The notes under the pieces: generated by a model
What the model saw: only the letters and a program-made list of their open reading frames with translations
Database searches by the model: none
What the model was told of the DNA's origin: nothing
Shown here: positions 18,597 to 30,400 of the stretch, in pieces
How the letters are laid out: the number at the start of each line of letters is the position of its first letter
Numbering within the stretch: position 1 is the first letter of the stretch
Made by a program: the position numbers and the translations under genes
Origin: Bacteroidota bacterium
GTDB taxonomy: Bacteria > Bacteroidota > Bacteroidia > Chitinophagales > BACL12
Assembly: GCA_016706255.1 (NCBI GenBank)
Contig: JADJJZ010000003.1
Coordinates: 1,247,199-1,311,198 of the forward strand
Length of the DNA: 64,000 nucleotides
Reading direction: 5' to 3'

Positions 18597-19451
18597 ATGA
18601 CGCGTAACATATTTTTTCTTCCACCGTTAATTTTTATCATTAGCTTGTTTCAAGTCACACCCTGCACAGGTCAGAAGATGTTATACGATTACGCCAATAT
18701 TGGAACTTTTCCACAGGCGCCATTGGATATTGTTGTGGATATCAATACTCAATATGCGGCTTCGTGGTATTATTATTTATCGTGGAGTGTTACTGATGAA
18801 AATGCGGACTTAAATGGTTATAATAATTCGGATAAGGTATTACAATGTTTTGTCTACGATTCAAAAGGGTTGATCGGTTCGTATACCGGGACAGGCCCTA
18901 ATTTTAATTTATGTGACTTTCAAACAACTGATAAAAAAATAGATGTGTTTTTCAGGGTGCGCCCGCTAGATAAAAACCAAGACCCTAACCTCCGTTATTT
19001 TGAACTGAATACCAATTGCGATTTTAGTGAATTCAGGAAGGTGACACTTATTGTAAAAAATACAATAAGTAAAAAAATAACATTGGAAAATAATACCGGC
19101 ATCAAAACATTGACCCACATTAATAAAGGGGCATTATTCCCTGACAATATGCCTTGTTCACAATGTTGTGATTATGATGTGGTTTTGAATTTATCCAAAC
19201 CTTACCTGAGTGTCACCACCGGAAAAATATTGAAGGGGTATAAATGGTTAAACCGCAAAAGTGTCAAAACGATTGTAAATAACTTACAATTGATCCAAAT
19301 TGACCCGGAGGCCACTTATCAAGATTTAACAGGAAATAAGTATACCGGACTTGAACTTATTGTTATGAAACAAATTGATCTTAAAAAATTTGATATTGAT
19401 CAATTTGAGGCAGACAAGGACATTCCTCCTTATCCAAGTATTAAGTGGTAA
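18597..19451 (+). CDS. secreted hypothetical protein (paralog of 43227..44134)
   Basis: Signal peptide. Shares KGALFPDNMPCSQCCDYDVVLNLSKPYLS and other blocks with the frameshifted copy. Confidence 0.6.
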   Translation: MTRNIFFLPPLIFIISLFQVTPCTGQKMLYDYANIGTFPQAPLDIVVDINTQYAASWYYYLSWSVTDENADLNGYNNSDKVLQCFVYDSKGLIGSYTGTGPNFNLCDFQTTDKKIDVFFRVRPLDKNQDPNLRYFELNTNCDFSEFRKVTLIVKNTISKKITLENNTGIKTLTHINKGALFPDNMPCSQCCDYDVVLNLSKPYLSVTTGKILKGYKWLNRKSVKTIVNNLQLIQIDPEATYQDLTGNKYTGLELIVMKQIDLKKFDIDQFEADKDIPPYPSIKW

Positions 19452-19627
19452 AACGGTTAAAAAATTCACGCGGAAAATGGGAAAGAAGCCGACGAAGGAT
19501 GGGGTGAATTGTGTATATGCAATTACCTAAATTAATTTGTGGTTATGAATTGATTTCACATCATATCACGTTCAAGATTTGAATTTCCCGACAATTTTCT
19601 TGAAATTTAAAGTTTAATAACATACTT

Positions 19628-21513
19628 ATGAAAAATTGCACCTACCTGTTTTGCCTCCTACCAACGTTTTCAGTGCTCCAAGCGCAATCACCTGCAATTG
19701 AATGGCAAAATACCATTGGTGGCACTTCAACAGAAGACATGCGTAGTATCGCTCAAACAAGTGATGGGGGTTACATTCTAGGTGGCTCATCGTATTCGAA
19801 AAATACTGCTGATAAAACCGAAAATAGAATTGGTGATGATGATTACTGGATTGTGAAAGTAAATAGTGCAGGTGAAATTCAATGGGATGAAACCATTGGC
19901 GGAACCGGAAGAGATAATTTATATGTTATACAGCAAACACCTGATGGCGGATATATTATTGGTGGGGAATCAGAATCTAATGCTTCTGCTGATAAATCGG
20001 AAAATAAAATCGGCAAAACAGATTACTGGATTATTAAATTGAACAGCACCGGTGAAATTGAATGGGAAAATACGTACGGAGGTGCAAATGAAGACTATTT
20101 TAGAAGTTTAGACCAAACTTCAGATGGCGGATATATTATTGGCGGTTATTCTTTTTCCAATGCGTCAATAGATAAATCTGAAAATCGATTTGGCCATTAT
20201 GATTATTGGGTTATTAAATTAAATGCGGCAGGAAATATTGAATGGGATCAAACTATTGGCAGTTTAGAAGATGACCTTTTAACAGTTGTGGTGCATACTG
20301 CAGATGGTGGATATATTTTAGGTGGAGCCTCCTATTCTAACATTGGATTTGATAAAACTGAAGATATGATAGGACCTGATATTGAACCTGATTTTTGGTT
20401 GGTTAAATTAAATGCATCAGGAATTACAGAATGGGATAACACCATTGGTGGAAACGACGGAGATAATTTACTTGATATTGAACAAACACCCGATGGTGGT
20501 TATATTTTAGGCGGATCATCAGCTTCAAATGAATCAGATGATAAGTCGGAGCACCGCTTAGGATTATCTGATTATTGGGTAGTGAAGTTAAATGCTGAAG
20601 GTTTAATTGAATGGGATAATACCATTGGTGGTGATTCATTTGATGAATTAACTGCAATAACACAAACTAATTTTGGCGGATATATCATGTGTGGCAGATC
20701 AGTATCGGATATTTCTGATGATAAAACGCAAAATGTAATTGGTTTACCCGGCGATGATAATCATTATGATTATTGGGTTGTTCAAATTAATTCATTAGGA
20801 ATTGTTGAATGGAAAAAACACTGGGTGGATATGAATCTGATTATGCCACTGATATTATTGCAAGTAGCGACAATGGGTATGTTGTTGCAGGTTATTCCAA
20901 TTCGGGAAGCACGGGCGACAAAATTGGTCACGATGGTGATTATGATTATTGGATTGTAAAATTAGCTGCTGATTTTACCTGCGATGCACCCGGCGGAATT
21001 TATAGTGATAATATTACCGCTACTTCAGCAAACATATTTTGGGAGGCAGGTTTAGATTCTTCAAAATATCAAATAAATTATCGCCCGATTACAGGTGGCG
21101 TATGGCAAAAGAAAAATTCAGTCATGTTTTTTAAAAATTTAACAGGATTGTCGCCAAACACCACTTATGAATATAAAATAAAAACCATTTGTGGCGATAT
21201 TTCCAGCCCGTTTTCAGCTTTATATAATTTTACCACTTTACCGTTAAAAGAAGGCGTGACCGATATTCCGGATTTTTCTATTTATCCCAATCCAACCAAT
21301 AATAATTTTGTTTTATCTGCAGAAATAGCTGCCACAGTAGCAACAATTGAAATTTATTCCCTGCATGGTACAACCATGTATATTAAAGAAATACAAAGTA
21401 TTGGCGGAAAAATAAATGAAGTCATTTCAATTGAGGGATTACATGCCGGAGTTTATTTAGTGCAATTGGTTTGGGATGGAAACATGATAGTGAAACAATT
21501 AGTGATAAATTAA
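19628..21513 (+). pseudogene. T9SS-sorted surface protein with about 7 propeller-like repeats, Fn3 and CTD, split by one frameshift
   Basis: Repeats of about 60 aa (IEWxxTIGG...QTxDGGYIxGGxSxSN...DKSEN...DYWxxKLN). The frame changes at an A6 run near 20810, after which the repeat continues in the next frame. Fn3 follows (NTTYEYKIK), then a CTD (IYPNPTNNNF...GVYLVQL). This may be a sequencing error rather than a real frameshift. Confidence 0.65.
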
Positions 21514-21616
21514 TATTGTCTGATGTTTTACAAGGATAAAATCAAAACCGTTTTTATATTTTGATATTGAAAGTCACTTCTATAAGTTTTCATTTTGAAA
21601 AAAGTTAATAAATAAC

Positions 21617-22468
21617 ATGCGCCTCTCACCAATTATTGAAACCGACGAATTACTGAAAATATACAATAATCCGGATGTGATGATTTTTGATGTCAGCACC
21701 GGCAAAAATGCATATACTAACTACCAACAGCAACATTTAACCGGCGCTTATTTTGTTGATTTAAATACACAATTGGCGGATATTAAAAGCGGTTTTGCCG
21801 ATGGAGGAAGACATCCATTGCCAACTGTAGCAGCATTCGCTAAAACGTTAACCGACCTAGGTATTTCAAAAAACAACCATCTAGTTATTTATGATGACAA
21901 TAATGGTTCAAACGCTGCTGCCAGGTTTTGGTGGATGTTAAAATCGGCAGGGCATGAAAAGGTGCAGGTTTTGAATGGTGGATTCATACAGGCCAAAAAA
22001 AATAATTTTCCGATGCGTGCTAAAACGGAAATTATTAAACCGGCCGCGGAACCTTATTTAATCACCGAATGGACCTTGACAACAATCGAAATGAACGCTG
22101 TACAAAATGTTTCACAAAACCCTGATTATTTGGTTATAGATGTACGCTCAAAAGAACGTTATGATGGTAAATTTGAACCTATCGATTTAATAGCGGGACA
22201 TATTCCCGGAGCAGTAAATATGCCATTTACAGAAAATATAAACGAGCAGGGATTATTTCTCGACCCGCAAGTTTTAAGAAATAAATATGAACTGTTATTC
22301 AACCAAATTAAATCGGAAAATATTATCGTGCATTGCGGCTCAGGTGTAACGGCTTGTCATACGTTACTTGCTTTGGCTTATGCTGAAATGGAAATTCCGA
22401 ATTTGTATGTCGGTTCGTGGAGTGAGTGGAGTAGGAATGATAAAACGATTGTAACTGAAAATGATTGA
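21617..22468 (+). CDS. sulfurtransferase (tandem rhodanese, thiosulfate/3-mercaptopyruvate type)
   Basis: Two rhodanese halves; active-site loop HCGSGVTACH. Confidence 0.85.
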   Translation: MRLSPIIETDELLKIYNNPDVMIFDVSTGKNAYTNYQQQHLTGAYFVDLNTQLADIKSGFADGGRHPLPTVAAFAKTLTDLGISKNNHLVIYDDNNGSNAAARFWWMLKSAGHEKVQVLNGGFIQAKKNNFPMRAKTEIIKPAAEPYLITEWTLTTIEMNAVQNVSQNPDYLVIDVRSKERYDGKFEPIDLIAGHIPGAVNMPFTENINEQGLFLDPQVLRNKYELLFNQIKSENIIVHCGSGVTACHTLLALAYAEMEIPNLYVGSWSEWSRNDKTIVTEND

Positions 22469-22599
22469 GGTTATTGATATACTAGTATTATCATTATAAG
22501 TGGTGTTTAAAACCTTAATTGAGACAACACTTTTAAAAAATATGGTTTTTTAATTAGGATTAAATAATTTTGTATTAGTAAATTTCAATTCTATAAAAA

Positions 22600-23037
22600 A
22601 TGGACTCAAATTTATCTGCCAAAGCCAAAGAAATAGCTGAAGAATTGGATATGGGCTTCAGAACTTTTATTCATAAAACAACCGGTGCATTAATATTTGT
22701 TCCTAGCGAGGACGACTTGGAAAACATGGAAGCAGATGCTTGGGAAGAGGAGCTCAAATTATTAAAAAAGCAACGTAAGTCATACGAAGAAATTGAAAAA
22801 TGGTCTTCCTCAGAAGCCTTTAATATGATGCGTGATTTTACTGAGCAGTTAAACACAGTTCCGCAACTGAAAAACAACCTCACCTACGCCTTAAACAATA
22901 GAAAACCATTTGGTCACTTCATGGCGATTATTCACGATAGTGGAGAATACAGGGATCAATGGTTCGATTATAAATTGAAATGGCAAATGGAATTTGTTGC
23001 AAAACAGTTGGAGGTTTTGGGAATATATAAGCACTAA
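22600..23037 (+). CDS. UPF0158 family protein
   Basis: Acidic middle region and a C-terminal NNRKPFGHFMAIIHDSGEYRDQWFDYK pattern typical of UPF0158. Confidence 0.55.
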   Translation: MDSNLSAKAKEIAEELDMGFRTFIHKTTGALIFVPSEDDLENMEADAWEEELKLLKKQRKSYEEIEKWSSSEAFNMMRDFTEQLNTVPQLKNNLTYALNNRKPFGHFMAIIHDSGEYRDQWFDYKLKWQMEFVAKQLEVLGIYKH

Positions 23038-23295
23038 TTTGTATGATTGATTTTATTAATTTTTTCTAAACCGTAGTTTAGTCTTTGAACCCTTACGACG
23101 CTTTCAGTATTTGAATGTCGGCGAATCTTTTTTACACTTTGACATTGATGGTTATTATAATCTGAAATTCTATAAAGCTTGGCACTCCTTTAAGCACCCT
23201 AATTTTTTAATTTCAGCCTCCATTTCACTTCCTTTGGCACGCAAGCATGGAGAATGTATCATAACCATTTGGTAATCAATAATTTATGCAATCAA

Positions 23296-23440
23296 AACTA
23301 ACTTATAAAATATTAATAGTTATATCAGTTTTGGTTTAATTACTATAAGTATACTAATAGTTAAATATATTCTATATCTTTGTTATAACTTATGTAATAC
23401 TTATAGTTAGTAACTGAAAAGCTAACTAACTAATACTATT
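23296..23440. promoter_or_regulatory. AT-rich repeat cluster upstream of hipB (candidate operators)
   Basis: Recurrent TAATAGTTA / TTATAGTTA and AACTTATA / TATAAGT motifs, including ACTAT-N10-ATAGT and TAACT-N14-AGTTA inverted pairs. Confidence 0.35.
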
Positions 23441-23461
23441 ATAATATTAAAGCCAATAATA

Positions 23462-23779
23462 ATGGAAAACTGGTTGTTTTTAACAGAAAAGGAGATATTA
23501 ACCGAAATCGGTAAACGACTTAAAAAAATTAGAGTTCAGCATAATCTGACACAGCAAGAATTGTGTGAAGAAGTTGGACTTAGTGTAACAACAATTAGTC
23601 AAATTGAACAAGGCAAGTCAACAACCGTTGAAAGTTTGATTCGAATATTGATTCGTCTTAATCGAATAAAAGATTTTGAATCTGTATTTAGGGTTGGCGA
23701 AAATCTGGAATTAAAATTGAAATTTGAAAAGGCCAAATTAAAATCGGAGCGAACCAGAGCATCTAAAAAAATAAAATAG
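23462..23779 (+). CDS. hipB: HipB-like XRE-family antitoxin
   Basis: LTQQELCEEVGLSVTTISQIEQG HTH. The stop lies 2 nt before hipA. Confidence 0.75.
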   Translation: MENWLFLTEKEILTEIGKRLKKIRVQHNLTQQELCEEVGLSVTTISQIEQGKSTTVESLIRILIRLNRIKDFESVFRVGENLELKLKFEKAKLKSERTRASKKIK

Positions 23780-23781
23780 GC

Positions 23782-25062
23782 ATGATAGTAGAAGTATTTC
23801 TTTACGGTCAATCCATAGGAACTGTTGATTGGAATGATGACAAAGGATGTTCCATTTTTCAATATAATTCGCAAATAATTGGAAAGTTGGAACCTTCACC
23901 GATTGTAATGCCAACAGAAGCAGGTGTATTTGAAACAAATAGAGACCATATCAATTTTCATAATTTACCTTATTTACTTTCTGACTCACTACCTGACGAT
24001 TTTGGTAATGTAATGATGAAGGCTTGGTTAACACAGCATGATTTATCGATAGAAGACATAAATCCGGTTGACCGATTAACATATATTGGTATAAGAGGTA
24101 TGGGCGCCCTGGAGTTTGCACCTATTAATCATAAGTCAAACCATAATTATAAAGTTGATGTAGGTGAGTTGTTAGCTGTGGCTAAAAAAGTATTGGAAAA
24201 TAAACAGGCAACTATTTATAGTGATTTAGATAAAGAAAACCTTTCTAATATTTTAAGAATAGGTACATCGGTGGGTGGTGCAAGGGCAAAAGCTTTAGTG
24301 GCTATAAAATTTAACCAAAATAATAAAATAAAAGAAATAAGACCCGGTGACATTATTCAACCGGTGGGTTATACTTATTGGCTATTAAAAATTGATGGTG
24401 CAAATGAACATAGTCTTGGTGAGAGCGAAGGTATGGGTAAAATTGAATTTGCTTACTTCAAATTGGCAAAGGAAGCCGGAATAGAAATGTCTGAAAGTAT
24501 GTTGTATGAAGAAAACAACAGGTTTCACTTTCTTACAAAACGATTTGACAGAGCAAATAATGGTGAAAAATTACATATGCAGACATTTGGCTCATTAACC
24601 GGAATTGACTACAAAATCCCTAAGGCCGGAACATACGAGACTTTATTCCGAACAATGAAAAGGTTGCAATTACCTTATAATCAATTCGAACAGCAATATC
24701 GTAGAATGTTATTTAATGTAATTGCGAGAAATCATGATGATCATGTAAAGAATTTTTCTTTTCTGATGTCGCCCGATGGAATTTGGCAAATAGCTCCAGC
24801 CTATGATATATGTTTTTCATACAGTCCCGGTGGAACATGGACAAGTGTGCATCAATCTTCCATAAATGGCAAGTATGATAATTTTTCAAAAAATGACCTG
24901 CTTGAGTTTGCCAAAACATTTGGCATTAAAAAAGCAAATATTATTTTACAAGAGGTGATTGAGGCTGTTAGTAAATGGAATAAATTAGCAACTGAATTGG
25001 AAATTCCTTCTGAACGAATAAAATACATTCAGGAGCATTTGAGAATAAATAATTTCAATTAA
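23782..25062 (+). CDS. hipA: HipA-family type II toxin kinase
   Basis: N-terminal coupling domains, GTSVGGARAKAL P-loop-like motif, RNHDDHVKNFSF catalytic motif; 426 aa. Confidence 0.9.
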   Translation: MIVEVFLYGQSIGTVDWNDDKGCSIFQYNSQIIGKLEPSPIVMPTEAGVFETNRDHINFHNLPYLLSDSLPDDFGNVMMKAWLTQHDLSIEDINPVDRLTYIGIRGMGALEFAPINHKSNHNYKVDVGELLAVAKKVLENKQATIYSDLDKENLSNILRIGTSVGGARAKALVAIKFNQNNKIKEIRPGDIIQPVGYTYWLLKIDGANEHSLGESEGMGKIEFAYFKLAKEAGIEMSESMLYEENNRFHFLTKRFDRANNGEKLHMQTFGSLTGIDYKIPKAGTYETLFRTMKRLQLPYNQFEQQYRRMLFNVIARNHDDHVKNFSFLMSPDGIWQIAPAYDICFSYSPGGTWTSVHQSSINGKYDNFSKNDLLEFAKTFGIKKANIILQEVIEAVSKWNKLATELEIPSERIKYIQEHLRINNFN

Positions 25063-25135
25063 TGATAAATACTGAATTTGGCAGGTCCATTTATTACCAA
25101 CCATTATCCATCAACTTAATATTTAAACATTCACT

Positions 25136-26224
25136 ATGAAAATAAACGATATTTTATTGCTAAACATGCTAATTTTATTTGTATCCTGCAGCAGTCAATC
25201 TGAAAACAGTGCAGGCAACAGTGATATTTTAACGGAACCAACTTCGATTGGTAAACCTGTCACTCAAATCGATGAACAGTTATGGTATGTTTTCCAGGAT
25301 TCAAAAAATAACTATTGGTTTAGCAGCAATGGGAAAGGCGTATTCCGGTATGACGGAAAAAAATTGGTAAATTATAATACAGCAGATGGACTTGCTAATG
25401 ATACGACCAGACAAATTCAGGAAGATAAACTTGGCAATATTTACATTATAACATTTGGAGGTGTCAACAAGTTTGACGGGCAACAAATTACCACGCTCCA
25501 GGCAATTAAAAGCAACGACTGGAAATTGGAAGAAAACGATATGTGGTTTAATATCTTGGGGAAAAAGAATGAAAATGGACCTTATAGATTCGATGGAAAA
25601 AATTTATATGATTTAGATTTCCCAAAACATTTTCTACATGATGAATTTATGACCGGTGGCATAAACCCGTTTTTTAGTCCCTACGAAATTTATACCATTT
25701 ATAAAGACCGACAAGGGGCAATGTGGTTTGGGACTTCAGTTTTTGGGGCATGTCGTTTTGATGGAAAAACAATTAAATGGATGTATGAAAAAGATTTAAC
25801 GATTGTTCCTGCAGGTGGCAGTTTTGGTATAAGGTCTATCTATGAAGACAAAGCCGGAGATTTTTGGTTTTGTAATACCTGGCATAAATATCGATTTGAT
25901 TTTGAGCAAACTCAAAAAAGTGACAGATTGCAGTATCAGAAAAAAACCGGTATCGGAAATGCACAAATTTTTGATGGGGAAGCCTATATTTATTACTCCC
26001 ATATTGTGGAAGACAATAATGGTAACATTTGGCTCACTACTTGGGATAAAGGAATTTATAAATATGATGGAGAAAATATTATTAATTATCCAGTAAATGA
26101 CGACGCAGTTTCAGTGAATGTAGTTTCTATGTATAAGGACCGACAAGGTAATTTATGGCTGGGTACACTTGAACATGGTGTATATAAATTTAATGGAACT
26201 GCTTTTGAAAAGTTTGAAATTTAG
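25136..26224 (+). CDS. stand-alone Reg_prop sensor-domain lipoprotein (paralog of 11408..12478)
   Basis: Lipobox LFVSCSS. Blades YWFSSNGKGVFRYDG / MWFGTSVFGACRFDG / LWLGTLEHGVYKF. Confidence 0.75.
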   Translation: MKINDILLLNMLILFVSCSSQSENSAGNSDILTEPTSIGKPVTQIDEQLWYVFQDSKNNYWFSSNGKGVFRYDGKKLVNYNTADGLANDTTRQIQEDKLGNIYIITFGGVNKFDGQQITTLQAIKSNDWKLEENDMWFNILGKKNENGPYRFDGKNLYDLDFPKHFLHDEFMTGGINPFFSPYEIYTIYKDRQGAMWFGTSVFGACRFDGKTIKWMYEKDLTIVPAGGSFGIRSIYEDKAGDFWFCNTWHKYRFDFEQTQKSDRLQYQKKTGIGNAQIFDGEAYIYYSHIVEDNNGNIWLTTWDKGIYKYDGENIINYPVNDDAVSVNVVSMYKDRQGNLWLGTLEHGVYKFNGTAFEKFEI

Positions 26225-26247
26225 TCCGATTAACACTTTAAAACAAT

Positions 26248-26988
26248 TTATTCCCCTTTAAAAAACCAATTTTCAGATTCAGATTTTTTGCGTCGGGAAA
26301 TTGGAATTTTTATTCCGCTTGTTAAAACGAAACTTCCATCTTGTAAAGTTTTAATATGAAATTTATTGACAAGAAACGAGCGGTGACTTCTGAAAAAGTT
26401 TTTATCTGTAAGAATATCTTCAAAGTAGGCTAAATTTTTTGAAGATAACTCTTTACTGTTATTGTTTAAATAGATGCTGCTATAGTTACGGTCGCCTTCA
26501 ATATGGGTAATTTGTTTTAAGGGTAATCGTAAGGTTCCATTCTGAAGTGGTAAAACAAGTTTCTGATTTTCGACATCTTTTGATTCAAGATTGCTGAGTG
26601 CTGTTTTAACATCGATTGTATTATTAGCTGATTTAAGTAATCGTTTGATACTTTCGTCGAGCTCATTTTCTTTTATCGGCTTTATGAGATAGTCCAGTGC
26701 ATTAAAACGAAATGCTTTTATGGCATAGTGACTGTGCGCCGTTGTAAATACCGTTTGAAAATTAATATTTGTTAGTCGTTGCAGCAATTCAAAACCGGTC
26801 ATATCCGGTAATTCAACATCCAAAAAAACCACATTGGGCCGCAGTGTTTCAATCAGGTTGATTGCCTCTTTGCCTGTTTTTGCTAAACCGATAACTTCAA
26901 TCTCTTTTTCATATTCCTCAAGTAAATCAACCAACAGGGTTGCCATTAATTTATTATCTTCAACAATGAGCGATTTCAGTGGTTGCAA
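26248..26988 (-). CDS. LytTR-family response regulator
   Basis: REC domain (LIVEDN...VFLDVELPDMTGFE) plus a LytTR DNA-binding domain (FFRSHRSFLVN). Confidence 0.9.
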   Translation of the reverse strand: MQPLKSLIVEDNKLMATLLVDLLEEYEKEIEVIGLAKTGKEAINLIETLRPNVVFLDVELPDMTGFELLQRLTNINFQTVFTTAHSHYAIKAFRFNALDYLIKPIKENELDESIKRLLKSANNTIDVKTALSNLESKDVENQKLVLPLQNGTLRLPLKQITHIEGDRNYSSIYLNNNSKELSSKNLAYFEDILTDKNFFRSHRSFLVNKFHIKTLQDGSFVLTSGIKIPISRRKKSESENWFFKGE

Positions 26989-27424
26989 TGGCGACTAATT
27001 TGCTGCCGAAGATAAGTAGATTTTTCTAAGTTTTTGTTTAATCACCGCTGCTCAAACGCCTGATCGTATGCACCAACTCAAATGCACCAGGAGTTGAATA
27101 CCATCATTTTTGCGGCTTCAGACTTAACTTGGGCTACCGTTTGATAATCGTAATAACCATTAGATAACCCAACTAAGGGCATTCGTACTTTATCCCATAA
27201 ATTTGTTATATCAACTGTTCAGGCAAGCTGCGCAATGGTGTTTAGCTTTAAACTGAGTGCATGCCGGTGGATTTGAGATAGAAAAACATTTAAATTATAT
27301 AATCATTTTCAGGCACTCAAAAATTTCATAAGTTGGGCAGTTAATAATAAATGCAATCTTAATCATTACGAATAATGTTGGAAAAAAAAGTAGCAATTAA
27401 TATGTATTTTAATTCAAGTATTTT

Positions 27425-30400
27425 ATGAAGCACATCTTACATATAGTCTTCATTTTACTTGTTAGCAGTAATTGTTTTACGCAGCAGCAATACACGTTTA
27501 CAAAATACACCGAACCGCATGGACTTACAACGAGTAGCATGTGGCAAATGTTTAAGGACACAACAGGTTACCTGTGGATTTATGGTGAACCGGGTATTGC
27601 AAGGTTTGATGGGTATAGTTCTAAATTATTTCGGCATAATCCCGACGATTCTAATAGAATCCTTGACTATCCTATGTCAAATGCGTTTTTACTGCCTGAT
27701 GGAAATATTTATATCGAAACCTGGGAAGAAGTTCGCCTTTATGATCCCCAAAAATTAGCATTCAATAAGCCCTTTCCGTATAAGATTCATAGAGGTCTTA
27801 AAAACTATTGTTATAGTTTGAAGAATGATAACAACGCACTCTACTTTTTTACAGATGAAAATCTAACACGGCTAAGTAATGCTGAGTTTAATTCCTTTCC
27901 ACTACCTGAGCGTTGGGAATATGGTACATCAAGTGCCGCAAGTGACTCTTCAAGCAATATTATGCTGAATATTTCCGGTAATGTGTATATTTTTAAATCC
28001 AATGACAAAAGGTTCACCAAAATAAATTTGTATGATCGCTTTGCCAAATCTGACACCACCGTTTTTTCTGTTGTATATAGTGCGCTAGAGAAAAATTTTA
28101 TTGCCATCAGTACAAAACATCTTTACCGCTACGATAAAAACACTGACAGGTTCATTCCTGGTTTGGACCTCCACCAAAATGGCTCTGTGAAGCAAATGAG
28201 TGAATTTAACATCCCTTTACTGTACCAAAAATACTATTTTGCTTTTACAACAGATGGAAAACTATATAAATTAAATATTGAAACGGGAGAGGAAATAATT
28301 ATTCAACTCAACAAAAAAATTCCTGAACATGAAATAAAATTTTTAAATATTGATGGTGTCGTAGATAAACATGGTGTGCTTTGGATATATTCTAACTGTA
28401 TGGGGTTATTTCGTTACGAAATCCTGAGCGACCAGTTTGAGCAGTTTATTTATGAGCCCGGAAATGAGGGAAGTATTCCTACTAACAATATTATAACAAT
28501 AATACCTGATGATGAAGGAATGGCTTGGATTGGATGCGGTGTTGAAGGTTTAGTTAAAATGGAACCTGTGGTGCGCGTTATGGAACGCTTAAGTCCTGAT
28601 GAGAATAAAAAGAAGATAGTTTTCCATAACGATGCTATCAACGTTCGTTCATTCCTCGAAACAGAATCAGGATATCTGGTAGGTGCGCTGCATGGTTTTT
28701 ATAATTATGATGCAACAAAAAAAGAATTCAGTGAAGTTACAGGACTGCTCAGACAAGAACCAACAAATGTCTCCGCTTTGGCAAGGGATGAATCCGGAAA
28801 TACCTGGTCAGGAACCTGGGGTGGATGGATAAGTATAGAGCATCCAAAAAACAATAAGCGTATATCTTTCGATAAAAAAGCTGGAGAGAAAGAGGTTCGT
28901 GATATGTTTTGCGATAGTAAAAACACCATGTGGATTGCCACCGGGGTAGGAAAAATATTTACTGTTAATGTAAATGAAATTGATTTTGACAATCCGGCTT
29001 TACTGAAATTCAAACCCGTTGAATATAATCTGAATAATGATTCCGGCATTTCAAATATTGTTTTTACTATCACTGAAGATGCCGAAGGCAATATGTGGGC
29101 AGGAGGTAATAAAGGATTGTATTGTTTGAAATCCGGAGAAGAAAAATGGATTCACTATTCCAATATTCCCGGTGATGAGCACAGTATTCATGGAAATGAT
29201 GTGCGCGCTTTGGAGTTCGACAAAAATGGTAACTTATGGATTGGCACCAATGGTGGTGGCTTGAACCGTTACAATAAAGCCACCAATAATTTTACACATT
29301 TCACAACGGAGAATGGATTACCCAACGATGCAATTTACACCGTACTTTGCGACAACAATGGGATGTTGTGGCTGGGTACCAATTTCGGTTTATGCCGATT
29401 TAATCCGGATGATTATTCATGCAAAAATTTTACTTTAAAAGATGGCTTGCAGAATTATGAGTTTAATACCAATGCTGCGTTAAAGCTGAAGGATGGAAGA
29501 TTACTTTTCGGAGGAGTGGACGGCTACAATGTTATTGATCCTTCCAAGATTGATAATGCAGCATCACCACCTCCAACTGTTGTCATATCATCTATCAAAA
29601 TTTTTGATCGTGAATTACCACCGGGTGATGGTCATTTAAAATTAACATACAACGAGAATACGCTAACATTTGAATTTGCAGCCCTGAGCTTTTACCTCAA
29701 CCAGGATAACCGGTATGCTTACAAGATGCAAGGCATTGATCCGGACTGGATATATAGTAATGACAGGAGATTTGTAACATACTCCAACCTCGAACCAGGA
29801 ACATATATTTTCAAAGTAAAAGCGTGTAACAGCAATGGTGTGTGGAATGAGGAAGGAACACAAATTACCATTACAATTACTCCTCCATGGTGGAAAACAT
29901 GGTGGTTCAGTTCCGGTGTTGTCCTTTTTATTATTTTATTGGTTTTATGGCTTTTTAGGCGGAATACTGCGGCACTTCGAAAAAATAAATTAATTCTTGA
30001 AAAAACGGTAAACCAGCGCACTGCCGATCTGCGAACACAAAAAGAAATTGCTGAACAACAAAAAACGCGTGCAGAACTTTCTGAAAAAGCAAAACATCAG
30101 TTCCTGGCAAATATGAGCCACGAAATTCGTACACCAATGAATGCAATAAAAGGGATGACGGATATTTTAATAAGACGTAATCCTAATGATGATCAAAAAG
30201 AATATTTAACCGGTATTAAACAATCCTCTGATTCATTGCTGGTTATCATTAACGACATTTTGGATATTTCAAAAATTGATGCTGGTAAAGTAGAGTTGGA
30301 ACATGAACCATTCTCTATAAATGAGTTGGTGAATAATGTATATACTATTATGCAGTTCAAGGCTGAAGAAAAAGGTCTGTTTTTGCAAAAAAATATTCCG

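Noticed and set aside
26989-27424. Searched for a decayed LytS-type histidine kinase upstream of the LytTR regulator
   Set aside because: Translating the minus strand gave no kinase-like motif and many stops. I treat it as a divergent promoter region.
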